A stretch of DNA of 63,707 nucleotides, filler included, from Choristocarpus tenellus KU-1152 (GCA_964200185.2; 9 parts of 9 records of this genome joined end to end with filler, not necessarily neighbours in it); one strand, 5' to 3'; positions 49,550 to 63,400 are shown, counted from the first letter of the whole stretch. Program-made: numbers and translations. Notes: generated by a model from the sequence alone, not told the origin.

Positions 49550-52440
49550 CTCGTGTGCCTGATGTGGAAAAGTTGAATATGAGAACAAGACATAAGGCTG
49601 AACTGTGGAATTTTTGTTGCTAGGGAGGGGAGGTGATGGTCGTGACACACGTATATGCATGCTCAAAACCTCCACTACCCAGACACATACTTATTCAGCT
49701 CATTGAGATATCAAGGGAATAGGACATCGAACTAGTATCTTGCACGGAAGAGGATAGATGTGCATCAATGGAATGAGCTTTTAGAGTGCTCATTAGTGTG
49801 AAGAGGCAAAGGGGGCCACAAAAGCAAGTGCCCATTACAGTACATTTTTTTGTTCGACATATTTTCACAATAAAGCAAATTCCAATAATGGACTCCCTCC
49901 CAATAGGCCTTCAAGTGATCTTGTACTGGAAAAATGCCTGAAGATTTTGGTGGATCAATGTGGCATTTGACCATCTCTACAAAAAATTGCTTTGCATGCA
50001 CTAAATTGAACTTATTCTACTGACCATAACCTTGTTTTATTCATTGCATAGTACTAATACACACTAAAGCACTCTAGACTACTGAACGGGAAAAAACGAT
50101 AAAGCATCTACTTGTACCACCTACTAGGTCCTCTATGCAAGGAATCACCTCAGCTTGTAACATTGCCAAGGATTCCACAGACACAACATCTTGACAAAAT
50201 AACCACGACAAAACAACAGAAAGGGTACTATTAGCGGAGTCACAACACCTATTCTGACACTATCCTTGGACAAATGTGTTTCAATCCCTGCACATCAGAT
50301 TAATCTTTCCCGTCTCTGAAAAGAAAGGAACAAGTCGGAACCGTAGAGTATTTTCCTCTCGCTTCCTCCTGTCCCTTCTCAATGAGCCAATGATCTTGCT
50401 CTCCAGATTCAAGTCTTGTCAATGTACCTGACGAGAGTTGAAAAGGGGGTAGTAGTGATAAATTCAGCACTTTCTTCAGTTTGTTTAGAAGCGCGCATTT
50501 GAAGCATGACAAAATGTAATGTTGATATATCAAGAGGGTAGGGAACACAACAGGATGTATACATAGTACCATAGCTTGATGCAATGTGGATGCCAGTTAC
50601 TTCATATATGGTGCTGCTTTTGATTCTATTGTTGATCCCACAAACATACTTTGCCTCCTCTACCTCGCCATGGCTCACAGTGCTCAAATTCCGCTAAAGA
50701 TATGGAGCTTGATAACCAGCGTTTGATCTAGGGAAAGAATTCCGCTCTCCTGGCAAATTAGCATACTATTTAAGTGCCCAGTATGCATTTTAGGTTATGC
50801 CAAGGCAGTATTTCCTATTTCATCAGTCAAGTGTGTAACCTAAAAGATCCCAGGCTGCAACGTGCACGTATAAAAATCAGTCTGCAGCAAAATATCTTCT
50901 TCTATGTTGTGTGGGATTGCAATTTCTGCAGCATTTATGTTGCACTGTTGAAGAGCTCACCAAGTACGGAAGAAAGGGTGAGTGTCTCAACAATATTTAT
51001 GCCAAAAATGATTCAAACGGTTTCTTTTGCATACCTATGCATGTATCCAAATGATGCAAACCGCTCCAATTCTTCCTGGGATTCAAGCGCAGCGTCCATG
51101 ATCGAAGGCTTGATGTGAGGGTACATATGAGACTGCACTTCCCCCCCGTAGATACATACTTTTGAGGATCTGACAGGGAGTGTGAAGTTGGCAAGATGTG
51201 CTTCTCTCCTTGCTCTCTCACTCCACTCCGTTTGAAGTAACTTAAGCGATTTTTCAGCTACAGTTTGATCTGCTTCACTAATGGTGTTGCATCCTGGAGG
51301 GAAAGGTAGCCCTTGATCCACTTGATTTTTCTCCCCTCCTGCTACATTGATAGGTATTTTCACCTCATTGTCCATGACCAATGCTCCTCTGTCTCTCACT
51401 CCTGACACAACTCGCTTTCGTAAAACCTGTCCATAAAATTATATAGTAGTGGCAACCACAGCTTCAGCTGGACCACTGACGTTACTGTTTTCACAACTAT
51501 TACTTGGTAGTCCACTCCTTTGCAGTGGTCATATGGCTGCGCAGGAGTCTGCCTAGAGAAACACGCCCATTGAGCTATGAAACACACAATCAGGAGATCA
51601 TCGATCTCAGTCCCAGCCTCCCCTTTACCTTCCAACTGGTGATCTTACTATCAAAAATATTCATTACACTTCAGGAACATAACAAAAGACGTAACAATGG
51701 TACACACTTCCGTCACCAACCAATCTAAGACCTAACCCTAATACAGCAAGCACAAGGTTAAACCTCACACCACACCGAAGCAGAGTTTTTAATTTGTGGC
51801 CATTGTGTGTGCTCACATGAATCTCACACGCATGATTTTCCTGCTCTTTCTTCTGAGAGTGTACCACCTCTTCAAAATTTGTCTGGACAGGCTGAGGTGT
51901 CACCAAACTCGAAGTCAAAGGACTGCGGTGCACCAGACCACCTGCAGGAATCTTTTCAACACCTCCAAGAGACAAATTTTCTCCTTCCATTGAACAGGCG
52001 TTTTCTTCATGTATGGTGAGAGTAGCCTCAACCTGTCCAACAAATTAGAAAGTACAAAAGGGTCGAGTTGGAACAGAGAGGAAACAGTAAAGCGGCACAC
52101 CAACATCTGAAAGCATGATGGGGTAGGAGTTGCAACAAGAACTCTGGGGAGACTTCCAACAGGTCTGTACCAAAGGCAGGGTCGCTCTACTTCATCTATT
52201 TGAAAGTAACTACCATCGATTGTTGAGATTATACCATCTCTTCAATTGAAGACCACTGCACAGGTTGGGGCTCCGAAGCAAGCAACAAAGGACTGCTGCG
52301 CACTGGGGCAGCTGAAGGCATGGAAATTATTGATGAAAACCTCCGTGAGATCAAGCATCGTATTTTGGTCTTGATAGCTTCAGCCTGGGCAGTCGGAGCG
52401 TTGGAAAAGAAAAAGGCATTGGTGGAGTATCAGGTAGATA
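49550..52440 (-). mobile_element. Heavily decayed Mutator-like (MULE) transposase with SWIM finger and downstream Ulp1/C48-like protease remnant
   Basis: Broken frames give, 5' to 3': C-x4-C..FQI (MuDR DBD-like, ~52250); LVLAVLG..GDGSVY..FCYVPE (MULE core-like, ~51720); GELFNSA (~50960); YEV..HQAMVLCIH (SWIM-like, ~50580); WLFCQDVV, IFPV..HYWNLLY and IPQ..SC (Ulp1-like, 50200-49590). No TIRs identified. Confidence 0.42.
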
Positions 52441-55400
52441 TTGCTTCAACGGCATGAGAAATTGACCCCATCCACTTCTACACTAGAAGCATGACATCTC
52501 TGTTTTGTTTTTGAGGGGAGATGCAGGTGCTCAATCTCTTCCCGCACCAGCTCGTCAATTGAGGATCGCCTCAATGTTTGGTCCACCGAAGTGGAGGTTG
52601 AGGGGCTGACATGGGCCATATCTTCAGCGGACATCATTGCAGCAACAATGACTTCCACAATGTCTGCACCAGATGGAACGACCTCTGACTTCTGCAAGAA
52701 TTGTTGTATCTGAGACTGTACCAGCTTTGTAATTGAGGACCGCTGTGATGACTGGATAGACGTGAGTGCCACAGGACTGACATGCGCTGAATTGTTCGCA
52801 GTGGCCACAGCAACATCAGAGGCAGACCGAGGAGCTTCTGGGATCAAATTGGTCCTCCCCCTTCCTGTACTCGAAAGATCTTTGGCCTGCATGGTCGGTA
52901 GAGAAGGATTCATACGAAAATTAGGTTATTGGGTCAGCCCAAGTCAAGTCATTCAAGTTGAACCATGGTGCAAAGTGTTTCTCCACCGACTTTGGTGATA
53001 CATGGCGCAACATGTATTGTTTGGAGGAGCGGGAAACCTGAGTTTACCTCTGCATTAGTATCTCGAGGGGTCAAGGGAGTGGCATGCACTGGGTTGCCCA
53101 CTGACGTCATTGAACCAACAGCTTTCGACTTATGAACATCTGACGCCAAAATTTTCCTGCCTCCCTGCGTATTCAGAAAGTCATCGACCAGAAGATTCAG
53201 GGGAGAAGGATACAGACAAGAGTTGGACTCAGAGAGTTGCATACCAGTCATGGTAGGAACCCGAGAGCGCTAACAAAAATTGCTCTACAAAACTGTAGTG
53301 GGAGCGCATCACATCTGTGTTTTTTAGAGGAGTCGCCCCAGAATTACCATGACGGGGTGGGGGGAAATGAACCAGCATGCACAGGGCTATCGCCGCACAA
53401 TATTCCAGCAAGAGAAATAAGCAAATAAAATTCTGGCACCAAAAGGATCTTGATTTCGGAAAAGGTCCAGCCTTCCCGAAAGAAGCAGGGAAGGTTTGGA
53501 GCAGCTCAAAAGTATGATGTGATACCAAACATACATGACACGGGAATCATTTTCCGGGTGTGTACCAGAATCAGGATCTTTCTATCTGTTTTTAGAGAAA
53601 TGGAGAGACTGATCTCACCTGTGCACTATCTGAGTTGATTGTCCTGCTGGTGGCAATCTTGCCAAGTGGTTCATTGTTCGACTCCTTGCCAAGCTTAAAA
53701 GCCGAACGATCTGGATCTTGCGCCGATCTCTTTTTCGCGACCATCTCTCCAGGGCCGCGCCTGGGCTTGGCCTTTTCCTTCTTAAGGATAATTTCGGCCT
53801 GACCAAAGGGAAATCGATGTTTTGGAGCCTACTGGACAGCATACCACTTTAATGGAGTTCATCATAGAGAAAGGATTCACTGTTTTTCTAGCTTGTACTG
53901 CTCACATACACAATCACTACAACTGCGGCAAGGGAGGAATAGGGTTGAAAGGAAGACATGACCACCTGGCTGCAATCCGTTCCATGTTTGCCGATCAACT
54001 GGAGTCTCCAATTTGTACATACCATATCGCAGGGAAGTTTGAAATCAGAAAGCGTCATAAGGAAGGATGGAGTTTTTCTCTCAAGGTCTAAGCACGGAAC
54101 ATTAGTGCAACTTCATCTTCTTACTAGGAGAAAAGGCTAACCTGACATCACCTCTGCACATAAGTGGGAGAGCGCCCGGCTCGTAGCGCGGACGGACTGG
54201 ACACTGACCTCAGCCATCTTGCCCTTCAAGTTGAGCTCCACCCGTTTGTCCTGGATTATACTATCTATAGTACGATCTCGAGGATATCCAACCATTTGTG
54301 CCATGTGGATGTGGGTCTTGAACGAGGATTTTGATTTTTGGTTATTGATTGGATGGCTATGAATGACTATCAAGTAATAGTATCAATAGATACATCTTAT
54401 TGAAATTATAATCTTGAGTACTAATGGATTTCATCTCTTTGCATTTATTGGAAGGTATCTTGTGGTGCCTACACATACCTTCAAAGAATAAAAAAACGAA
54501 CATTACATCCAACTCTGCGCCAGACACTGCAAATTCCCAACAGTGTTGCATTGAGTTCTACAAACGGAAACTCATGGACCACCCCGTGTCCTACAGAGAA
54601 ACCTCTTACTAAATAAAAAAACTTTGGTGGTGTGCATCCAAGATAACTTCAAGGCTATTGACATCGCAGCTGGTCAATGAGGTTAGTTACAAAGTGCACA
54701 AACAAGCAGGTGGACACACAGATATGTGTGGAGGATGTAGCAAAACACTTCATGGGCGCCTTCCACACAGTGAGGTTGAAACAGTCACAACCCGTCATGC
54801 AAAAGTGGTCTTGGCCACCAACCATGCATGTGTTACACCCCCTGCTGGGATTCTTTGTCTTCTTGTCTTTTTCTTATTTGTATTGTTTCGAGGGGAAAGG
54901 GACTGATTGAGTTCCTTTGCCTAACCTAGGAGGTTGGAGATAGCATCTGGTAAACGGAGATAACCCAGATGCTCTGAAGTGCATGTTTTGGATATGTGGA
55001 GGTTCCTTCTGGAACCAATTCATGTGGTCCTTAATTCTGGAGCTGATCCTTGAATTTATCGTGGATATCTTTCTGTTTAAAATATTTTCTTAATTCTGTG
55101 GACTTGACTGGTGGATCTGCCTTTTTGTTGGCACATAGTATGTCCCATTTATTTCTTACTCTCTTTTGCATCGCTTTCTGACCATAGGTTTAAGTATGCT
55201 GTATGCTGCTTCCTTCTCCTTCACAATATCTCCAAATTAATTTATTTTCAGCATCATTGCTGTATCATACTTAGAACAAAAATAATGAAGAGCCAAATCA
55301 ACGGAGAGATAGGCAGATCTGGATCCTTTTGCATTCTAAGTCATCTTTCTATTTCTATGCAATGCATTATATTTCATTGCTCTATGTGCACAACAATATT

Positions 55401-55515
55401 CTCATATTGATGTTCCCCTTTTCCACGGTCAGTACCACAGTTGAGCAAAGGTTATTTCTGTAATAGTACAAAATAGCGTATTTTTGCCCTTTCTCAGGAT
55501 CTTTAAAATGCAACC

Positions 55516-55890
55516 TGTTCGTAGATAGTGCTGCTGATACACTATAGACACCCCTGGTGGATTATGTATTAGGATGGCGAGCCCGTGACATATATCATAT
55601 TTCCTGTCTCATCATAGTGTCCATTGATTTGAGTGTTATGTTCAAGATACACCTACCATACTTAAGACAAGTAAATATAAGTGATTCATAGTAAATTAGT
55701 GTGGACGATTGCAAACCCCACACTATAGGAATAGTAATGATTGTTTAGGCTCGTCTCACCCACCTATTCAGTCCACGGACTTGAGACCACAAGCCCCTTG
55801 TAATATTATCGTTGCACATCTACATCAAGCTATTCACCGTCCTTCATCAAAGCATCAAAGCCGCGGGTCCAGTGTGGAATATTTCAACAC
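55516..55890. repeat. Second copy of the unclassified dispersed repeat at 7737-8330
   Basis: Collinear conserved blocks as listed for 7737-8330. Confidence 0.7.
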
Positions 55891-56074
55891 AAACCTGCCT
55901 ACATTTCAAATTATTTGGCTCCAACCAATCAATCGAACAATTCAAATATATTAGTAGTTACAAGGAAAAAGTATTTTTTGTATGCCTGTACATTTCCAGA
56001 TATTATTGGAGAACATTACACAAATGTAAAAATTATGTTCCCCGTTGTATTAACATTTTGCAAACTGATATATG

Positions 56075-56827
56075 TACATAGCATGTCTTGCGCATGATTT
56101 GGTCTGGAGGTGTTACCGGCAGTGAGTGCATAGTGTTGCATAAGTCTTGACTGGAGTGTTAACAAGCATTAAAGAGTATTGCATGCATTTTGGTGGCATT
56201 GTTATGGGCACGTTGTGTAGTAGCACAAAATGTTACGTTATTGCCACCATACTATGCCGCATCAATTTGTTTCCAAAAATCAATGAAACGATATAGACAT
56301 TTTTTTCATAATGTGTGTAAGAAATATTAGTGTACTTGCATGGTTAAGCGGTATCTGCATGGGATTTCACAGTATCGATGGAAGGAAATAACATTATATC
56401 TGGATTTGCCATCCCACATCGAAGTCCTTGTCAAACAACAATTGAAAGAGATACAGAGCATGGTCGAATAAAATGAGTGAGGCACTGCTACTGGTGTCCG
56501 TCGTCAAGTTTGTCAATGACCAGTGCGATAATTCCTTTCATTATAGTAACTCACAGTGTTATATTGCGGCACAACACATTGGGGTGCTATCAACACTTTG
56601 GAGAATGCTAAGCCGAAACACTCTCATCTCCTATCACAAGGTTATAACATAGAATTTTGTGTTATGGCATAGCATGTGTTACTTAAAATGGCAACATATA
56701 TTATGTATGTTTTGGGCTGGAGTAGTACGAGCGTTACCCAGTAGTGTTGTGTATGCTTTGGTCCGGAGTGTTATAGGCACTACATAGTGTTATATATGTT
56801 ATTGGACTGGAGGGTTACGAGGACTCG
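56075..56827. repeat. Degenerate ~43-bp minisatellite in two clusters (56075-56220, 56695-56827)
   Basis: Recurrent ATG.TTT(T)GG.CTGGAGTGTTA..AGCA..ACATAGTGTT units. Confidence 0.55.
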
Positions 56828-57329
56828 GCTTACTCCTATTTACTTTTGAAAATCTGATAGGGACAAGGAGTGTAAAGGAAAGGATGAGAAATCGACCAAG
56901 AAACTCCAGAGATACAAAATGGTGGCGGTGGGCATTGTTCAATCTAGAGTTCGAGAACAGAGAGTCATTATGATCTCCGTTTCACCAAAGCGTTGAGAGA
57001 TGCCCAAGAGGAATGCTGGTGGTCTGATGTGTCTTAAAAGGCATTGGGAAGTTATTGTTCAGAGTTGAGAGTGACTGGTGGAAATGTTGAGTTTCCAGAT
57101 ACATTCTGACTAAAGAGTGCAGAGTCACGAAATTCCAATGAATGGACGTCCTGGATGGAATTGTTGGCCATGGCAATTACAGGTTCGGTGGTGGTTCTGG
57201 GTAGCAGATACATCGGCAGAGCAAGGAGAACCAGTACTAATAGGTGGGAGATAACTTATTGTCGATACTACAATGGGTTACTAAAAGTGGGGGGGGGCGG
57301 GGTAAAAGATAGAGTGGCAGGATACATAA

Positions 57330-57508
57330 GGATCAACGTATCTAGGGGGGGGTGACGGCTGTCCATTCGAGGCCCATTTTTCCAGGTCGCGATTTTTGGG
57401 TGATTTGGTTGCATGCGTTGGAGGGATAATGGAAGTTCACTTCTCCTGGTCATGGCCCGAATGGACACCCTGGTGTAGATCCCCCCTCCCCTCCAGATAC
57501 TTTGAGCA
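57330..57508. mobile_element. MITE family A1, complete copy
   Basis: GGATCAACGTATCTAGGGG ... CCAGATACTTTGAGCA; flanks ATAA/ACAA. Confidence 0.85.
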
Positions 57509-57620
57509 ACAATGGTATTTTTTCAAGGCCCTAGAAACCCAAGAGAGTATTTGCCTGAAGGTTATAGGCATGTCAACGAGGTTTTCAACTGGATAGCATA
57601 CGGGATTTCAAGATGGAAAC

Positions 57621-57695
57621 GAGTGAAAGTATCTTAGAGGGTACGGGTTTTGCCCTGTTTGTCCATTTGGGGCTTGGCTTCCCATGGGATTTTTT
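57621..57695. mobile_element. MITE B start at contig end; further MITE termini at 57796-57869, 60731-60749 and 63686-63707
   Basis: GAGTGAAAGTATCTTAGAGGGTACG; the other ends show CAGATACTTTGGACC, CCCCCAGATACTTTGACCC and GGGTCAAAGTATCTGGGG. Confidence 0.85.
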
Positions 57696-58363
57696 NNNNN
57701 NNNNNNNNNNNNNNNNNNNNNNNNNNNNNNNNNNNNNNNTTAATTAATTAANNNNNNNNNNNNNNNNNNNNNNNNNNNNNNNNNNNNNNNNNNNNGCAAA
57801 TCCATTTTTCTTGTTTTTTGACCAAGTGGACACCCTGGTGTAGCCCCCCCCCCTCAGATACTTTGGACCAGATGACTGCTTCTTTAACGACCCTTGACTG
57901 CCTGCTGGTGATCTCTTGCCTTGTCTGTTCTTTACCACCATTTCGACATATTAGAGTGTTGAATATCGGGATATTTTCGATGCTGACAGTTGATTACTGA
58001 TACACCCTGAAAGCACCACGAAACCATCACCACCTCATGATTCTGAGACTTCCAGGGTCACAGTTTATTACTGGTTTATGATTGGTTGATCATCTTTGTG
58101 TCTGATGTTGGTGCAGTTGTTTGACTTGGTGGAGTGGGTCACATCACAATGTAGAATGTAAATGTATATATATATATATATATATATATAGGTGTATTGC
58201 AAAATATGGGAAGCCTTCCCCAGCAGCAGTCTATGCCCAGTAAAACACCCTTGTCTTACTGAGCAGTCGAGATACCTTGACTGCCACATTCAACCTGATA
58301 TCTTTGGTTTGCTACCACACAACCGTATGAACTTGTTGAAGCAGGAGGTATACTTCTGCCCAC

Positions 58364-59438
58364 CTGACTCTTCTTCATCCGTCTCACTATCGTTTTCTTT
58401 TGTTCCACCTTCCTCCTCTTCTGCTAGCTCCCGCTCTGAAGACAGTCAGCAAGAGTCAAGCGGGGGATATGTACAAGGCTCATGATGCCAGCACTTCTTC
58501 AGCAGTATCAATGACAACCATAGGAGCTGGACTACGATTATGGGCGGATATACAGACAGTTTTTGTTATAGTCTAATAAGCAAACGCTTCATCTTTCAAT
58601 CTCCCAACATATGTACCACGATCCGTTGCTCTCACCATTATTGATGTATTCTGCAAGGGTTTTCCGATAGTCCAGGATGATCGCGTTTCTAGGCTCGAAA
58701 GAGAGGACTGTGGGCAGTCGAAATTGACACAATAAAAAACTCCACCGGCTGTTGTTTGAGAGGCCATATGTGCAGGAGGTTGCTGATTGACAACGTCTGG
58801 TGATGCCGTTGAAAGTGGGCGTACAAAGATGAGCCCTTAATACAGGATATCGTTGACTGTTGCTGGGGTCATGGTAAGTCAATAAATGCGACAAGAACAG
58901 CATTAAACAGTCGTAGAATAGCTCTCACTTGTTTGTGCCAGTCCCAGAGCATCCTCCATCCTACTCTCTGACACTGCACAGAGGAATAAGGCCATAAGTC
59001 GCAAGGGCGCAGTGTTGTCATCTTTGCCCATTGCCAATCCTGCATCTTACAAAAAGGTGAGGGCGACCATGGGTCGGGTGGGAGATAACGAAAAGAGAAA
59101 AATGTCAAGGAATGACTCTACAGATTTATACACAGAAACAATAGTTGCAGATGCTCTAGTTCACCATATTCCTACCCTTCCTTGCCTCACCTAGTCCACC
59201 AAATCCAACCAACAAGCCCTTCCAAATCACCGTCAGACATGTCTCATCGACCTCACCTCCTCCCGTTATGCACGCTTCATCTATACCAAAATAATGAACA
59301 GTTTCATCTAGTACAACCCTCACCCCCCCATCTACTTGTCTTTTCTTTCCTTTCAATGTTATGTTGTGGTTTGTGATACAATACTTTGCGACGAGGTTTT
59401 CCGCTAGTTATTTTAAGGTTGAACAGGAGGATTGCCAT
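58364..59438 (-). CDS. Glutamate-rich protein 2 (ERICH2)-like; exons 59045-58929, 58707-58636, 58435-58364, putative start 59438
   Basis: Spliced translation TAPLRLMALFLCAVSESRMEDALGLAQTILSFEPRNAIILDY..ERELAEEEEGG..DSETDEEES resembles the ERICH2 core APLELMAEFL.A..A..L..IL.YEP.N plus its acidic tail; GT-AG junctions in phase. First and last exons uncertain. Confidence 0.6.
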
Positions 59439-59783
59439 GGTTCACATCACTCTTTCGACAAGAAAGAGACTCGTAACGTATCAATGTTTCTACCTTGATC
59501 TATTGAGTTGTCCATTTTCTTTAATCGAGCGCTAGTACGAGGCAAGGCAGGCAGTGGATATCAACACGTTCGATGTGGTTTTTCATGTGTTGGTTATGGT
59601 AGTTTCACTTCTAAAAACAGACCGACAGCATATCTCATATCACACCATCAACGCAACACAAGTACCGACAGGAAACCTAGACACCATACAATAATACGAT
59701 ACCATAAATACAACAACTCAACCCTTAATGCAGCTTACAAATAGAATTGGGTATCAGCACACAGTAGTGGTCAGGTTGTTGAC

Positions 59784-60473
59784 ATGCCGCTGTTAAGGGC
59801 AATCCTTGTTCTTTTCCCATTCGTTGGGGGTGGATTGGTGGGAGCATATGTTATACCTACTTGGGGAAAAACACGGTTGCCCACGTTTGTAACCAGGAAT
59901 GTTGTAGACAATACTCCACAGGGGTGGACGGGGATGACACGGATTTCGAGAAGGAGGGAAAGGGTGTTAGAGCGCCTAGCGTCTTCTACTGATGGGGGTG
60001 ATGTACGAATGAGGAGGGATGCAAATTCTCTTCAGGAATATTGGGACCAATACTACTTAGAGTGAGAGACATTTCATGTTTCATGTTTCATGTTTTTTCA
60101 CTAAAGGTGACTTTCAAGAATCTGCATGTTTGTCTTGGGGATTCGTGGAAGAAGTCATAGGTTTGGTCAGTCGACTAGATTAAGCTTGAATTGAGAATTC
60201 CTATATTATGTGGAATAAACTGGTTCCAAGAAGAGAAACGTTGAAGCTGACCCCAGCAACGGCTCTTTTCCTTCAACATTCAACTCGGACCATGTACTGC
60301 AGCGGGGAAGCTGGGGAAATAGAGGAGGGCGAAACCTATGACTGGTTCACAGATTACGAAAGTCTGGCCACCTACATCAATCAGCACATTGGTGGCTCAA
60401 GGAATGGACGTGTCCTTGTCCTTGGGTGCGGGAATTCCGAGATCTCTCTAAAGATGTACGAGGATGGATGGAA
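59784..60473 (+). CDS. Class I SAM-dependent methyltransferase, METTL13-N/EEF1AKMT4/METTL12-like; first two exons 59784-60061 and 60303-60473; N-terminal signal + transit-like presequence
   Basis: EYWDQYY, TYDWFTDYESL and RVLVLGCGNSEISLKMYEDG family motifs; GA|GTGAGA and TGCAG|C junctions in phase; gene continues beyond the contig end. Confidence 0.88.
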
Positions 60474-63400
60474 GTGAGTGCTAAACTGTTGTCATGTGCC
60501 GTCGTTACTGTGCCCAGTGTTGAGACCTGTACCCAAAGTGCTAATCGTTCAAAGGAAGATAAAGTTGGCATAGTTGCCAAAACTCAGGGGCACGGTGGTT
60601 TGCTGGGAATCCGAAGGATGGGTTAAACACNNNNNNNNNNNNNNNNNNNNNNNNNNNNNNNNNNNNNNNNNNNNTTAATTAATTAANNNNNNNNNNNNNN
60701 NNNNNNNNNNNNNNNNNNNNNNNNNNNNNNCCCCCAGATACTTTGACCCACCTTTAGAAGTGTGGGATCACAGTTGAGGGATAGAATACCAGAACAACAA
60801 CCAACATAGGTGATGTGAGCGCGCGTGTGGTTGATGGAACAAATAGTGGGTTGAGAAGCACACAAGGAAAGTTGTGATTAGTAACATACTTTATGCTACA
60901 GCAGGAGCTAAGATAACCCAAGTAGACCAAATCACATGCACACTCACTACACAGGCTCCTGAATGTCGCTTTTTTCATTGTTTCTTTCCTTGCCGTACTA
61001 ATTATTGATTTTGTTGCTCTTTCCTTCTATGTTGTGTGATGATGATTAGTGTCCAGGTCGAATGGGACAGGTGGAACACTGGATTTTGTTTTCCCTTCAC
61101 CTGGTAATGTTGTCAACATTGGTGACATCCTATATCCCAAGTATTTGAGTGCATGACTTCTGTTGGTTGCCCTTCTTGGATATGTTGAAAAAACGTATCT
61201 ATTTTTCAGTGTTGCATATTTTCTCAAAATTATTTTATTTTTTCCGTCCCCTCATCTTTAACCACGCATTTCGGACCCTAATTCACTAATGTGAAGAAAC
61301 AAATATATAGATATTTCTCAGTATATAATTAACAACATTAAAATATATTAACCTCCAAATGGAACTCCTATTTCTAGGCAAGGTTACCTGCAAAATATTG
61401 AGTCAGAAGATTTCCAATATCATGTTAACCCGGCATTCAACGGACTCAAGGACAGACAAGTTGGACAAATCCGACGGTTTGACAAAATGGATATGACTAC
61501 GTCGTTGGTAATATCCTCGACGTCAAAGACACTGTGCCTTGATTGTTGTTCAATGCTAGATACCTCCAAAACGTGTGCCGACCATGTCCTTTTTCCATCC
61601 AAGATCTGGTCGAGTTTCCCAAAGTTTGTGCTTGGCAGGGGCCACAGCAGGTGACCAGTTGCTCTGTACACTTCAGCATGCAATATTTCGAAAATTAAGT
61701 ATGTCGGAGGGATAACTGCTACTCGTGGATAAAATCTTTGCTTTGATTGGTGCCAGTCCCCACGTATTTATCACACACTTAGCTAAGCTGTGCACTTTGA
61801 CGTATCAGTCAAGGAGCAAAGTCTCGAACATATACAAGGTGTCCCGATGTCACAGAGACCAGGATCGCGGTCATCTCATATTGCTTGCAGATCGTAATTT
61901 GTATAGTGATGGAACAGAAACAACTCCAGCATACATGCAGCATCCTGCAGTTGTAGAGACCAGGAATCTGCTCATCGCAAAATTGTCCACGTAGTAGTGT
62001 GCAACCTGTACAGAGTCTGGTAGAATAAGACCTCAGTACAGCCACTCACAAGCTATAGAGAACGGTGAACCCACTTCCTCACCAGTTGCTAGCAGACTGC
62101 GACTGTATTGTGCACGATTATTCTCCACACACACATATATACGCAAAACTCACAGCATGCACTGCATGTGGGCGTGTGTGGACACACATGACCAAAATTA
62201 CCAAAAATATATTATACCCTTTTTGTACTTTTCTGTATTAGCGTTGACAATGCATGAGAAATACTGAAAATATTACATTTGCCTAGACAATAGCAGCCAG
62301 TACTTTGTTGTAAGACCAATTACATAACCTGCACTATTGATATGGTACCCCACGTCATTATACGGCAGCTGTGTTGGGACATTCATCCGCCAGACTCGAT
62401 ATTTTAAACCAGACCTGCGGTTCAAGTCCCTTCACTTTATGTCAGTAGCTGAACAACCAGGATGCTGCTTGGTGTTGGGATGTAGCAAAAATCCATGTTT
62501 TTGGTAGTTCTATTACTTACATTACGGTCAGCAGATAGCACACAATCCTTGGACACGACCACACTAATCAAAATATTATACAACACCATCAGCTCCAAAT
62601 TTCGCAACGACATTGTCCGACTGTCTGATGGCCAAGCAAACAGGATACTACTCCTAAGCTATCTATAATGACGCGTGGGTATCACTTTGTAACATACACT
62701 TCGAAGTAGTTAGATACATGAAGTGGCACCATGTACGACGGCAAAATGATCTATTACCTGGAGTAGCTCACAGACTCTTACTTTCAGGATTGCTAGGCTC
62801 GTCATATTAGTTACACTCTACACCATTTTTTGGCTACTGATATTACAAGAAGCAACATGTAAGGCAGAGAATGTGACGAATATAACAACAGTCTATATTG
62901 CTCACCATAATGGCATTGCAAGATACCACCAACACGTTCGAAAACAAGAAACCATCTCCGTCCACACTATTTTTAATATTGTGCCCTCTGACATTTACAG
63001 ATGTATCAGGGGAAAAACCAATGAACAGCCAATCCAATATCAGAACAACCCCTAAAAAAGTAACAGTTTCAGAAATGCACAGTTAAGATATAAGATCAAA
63101 GGAAGAAATATATTTTATACGTAAGGTTGGGTCAACTGAAATAAATAGATATACAAGAGTTCCATTTGCTAGCCATTCTTGATAGAAAATAATGGCGAGT
63201 GGACGTATGGCCAAAACACTACATACGACATTACATCTCGACCTATCAAACAGTACAAGTCCCCTACATAAGAATTCTCTGATCATTAATGAAGACAGTC
63301 ACACCTCAACCAAGATGGACATCCCACCCCAGTCATGACGGCCCTCGAACCTCAAAAGCTATTTGAAGAAAGAAGCGCAACATGTATCAACAAAGGCTAT

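Noticed and set aside
10130-60730. Recurrent TTAATTAATTAA palindrome within N runs as a biological motif
   Set aside because: It is an identical artificial 100-nt linker; adjacency across it carries no biological meaning.
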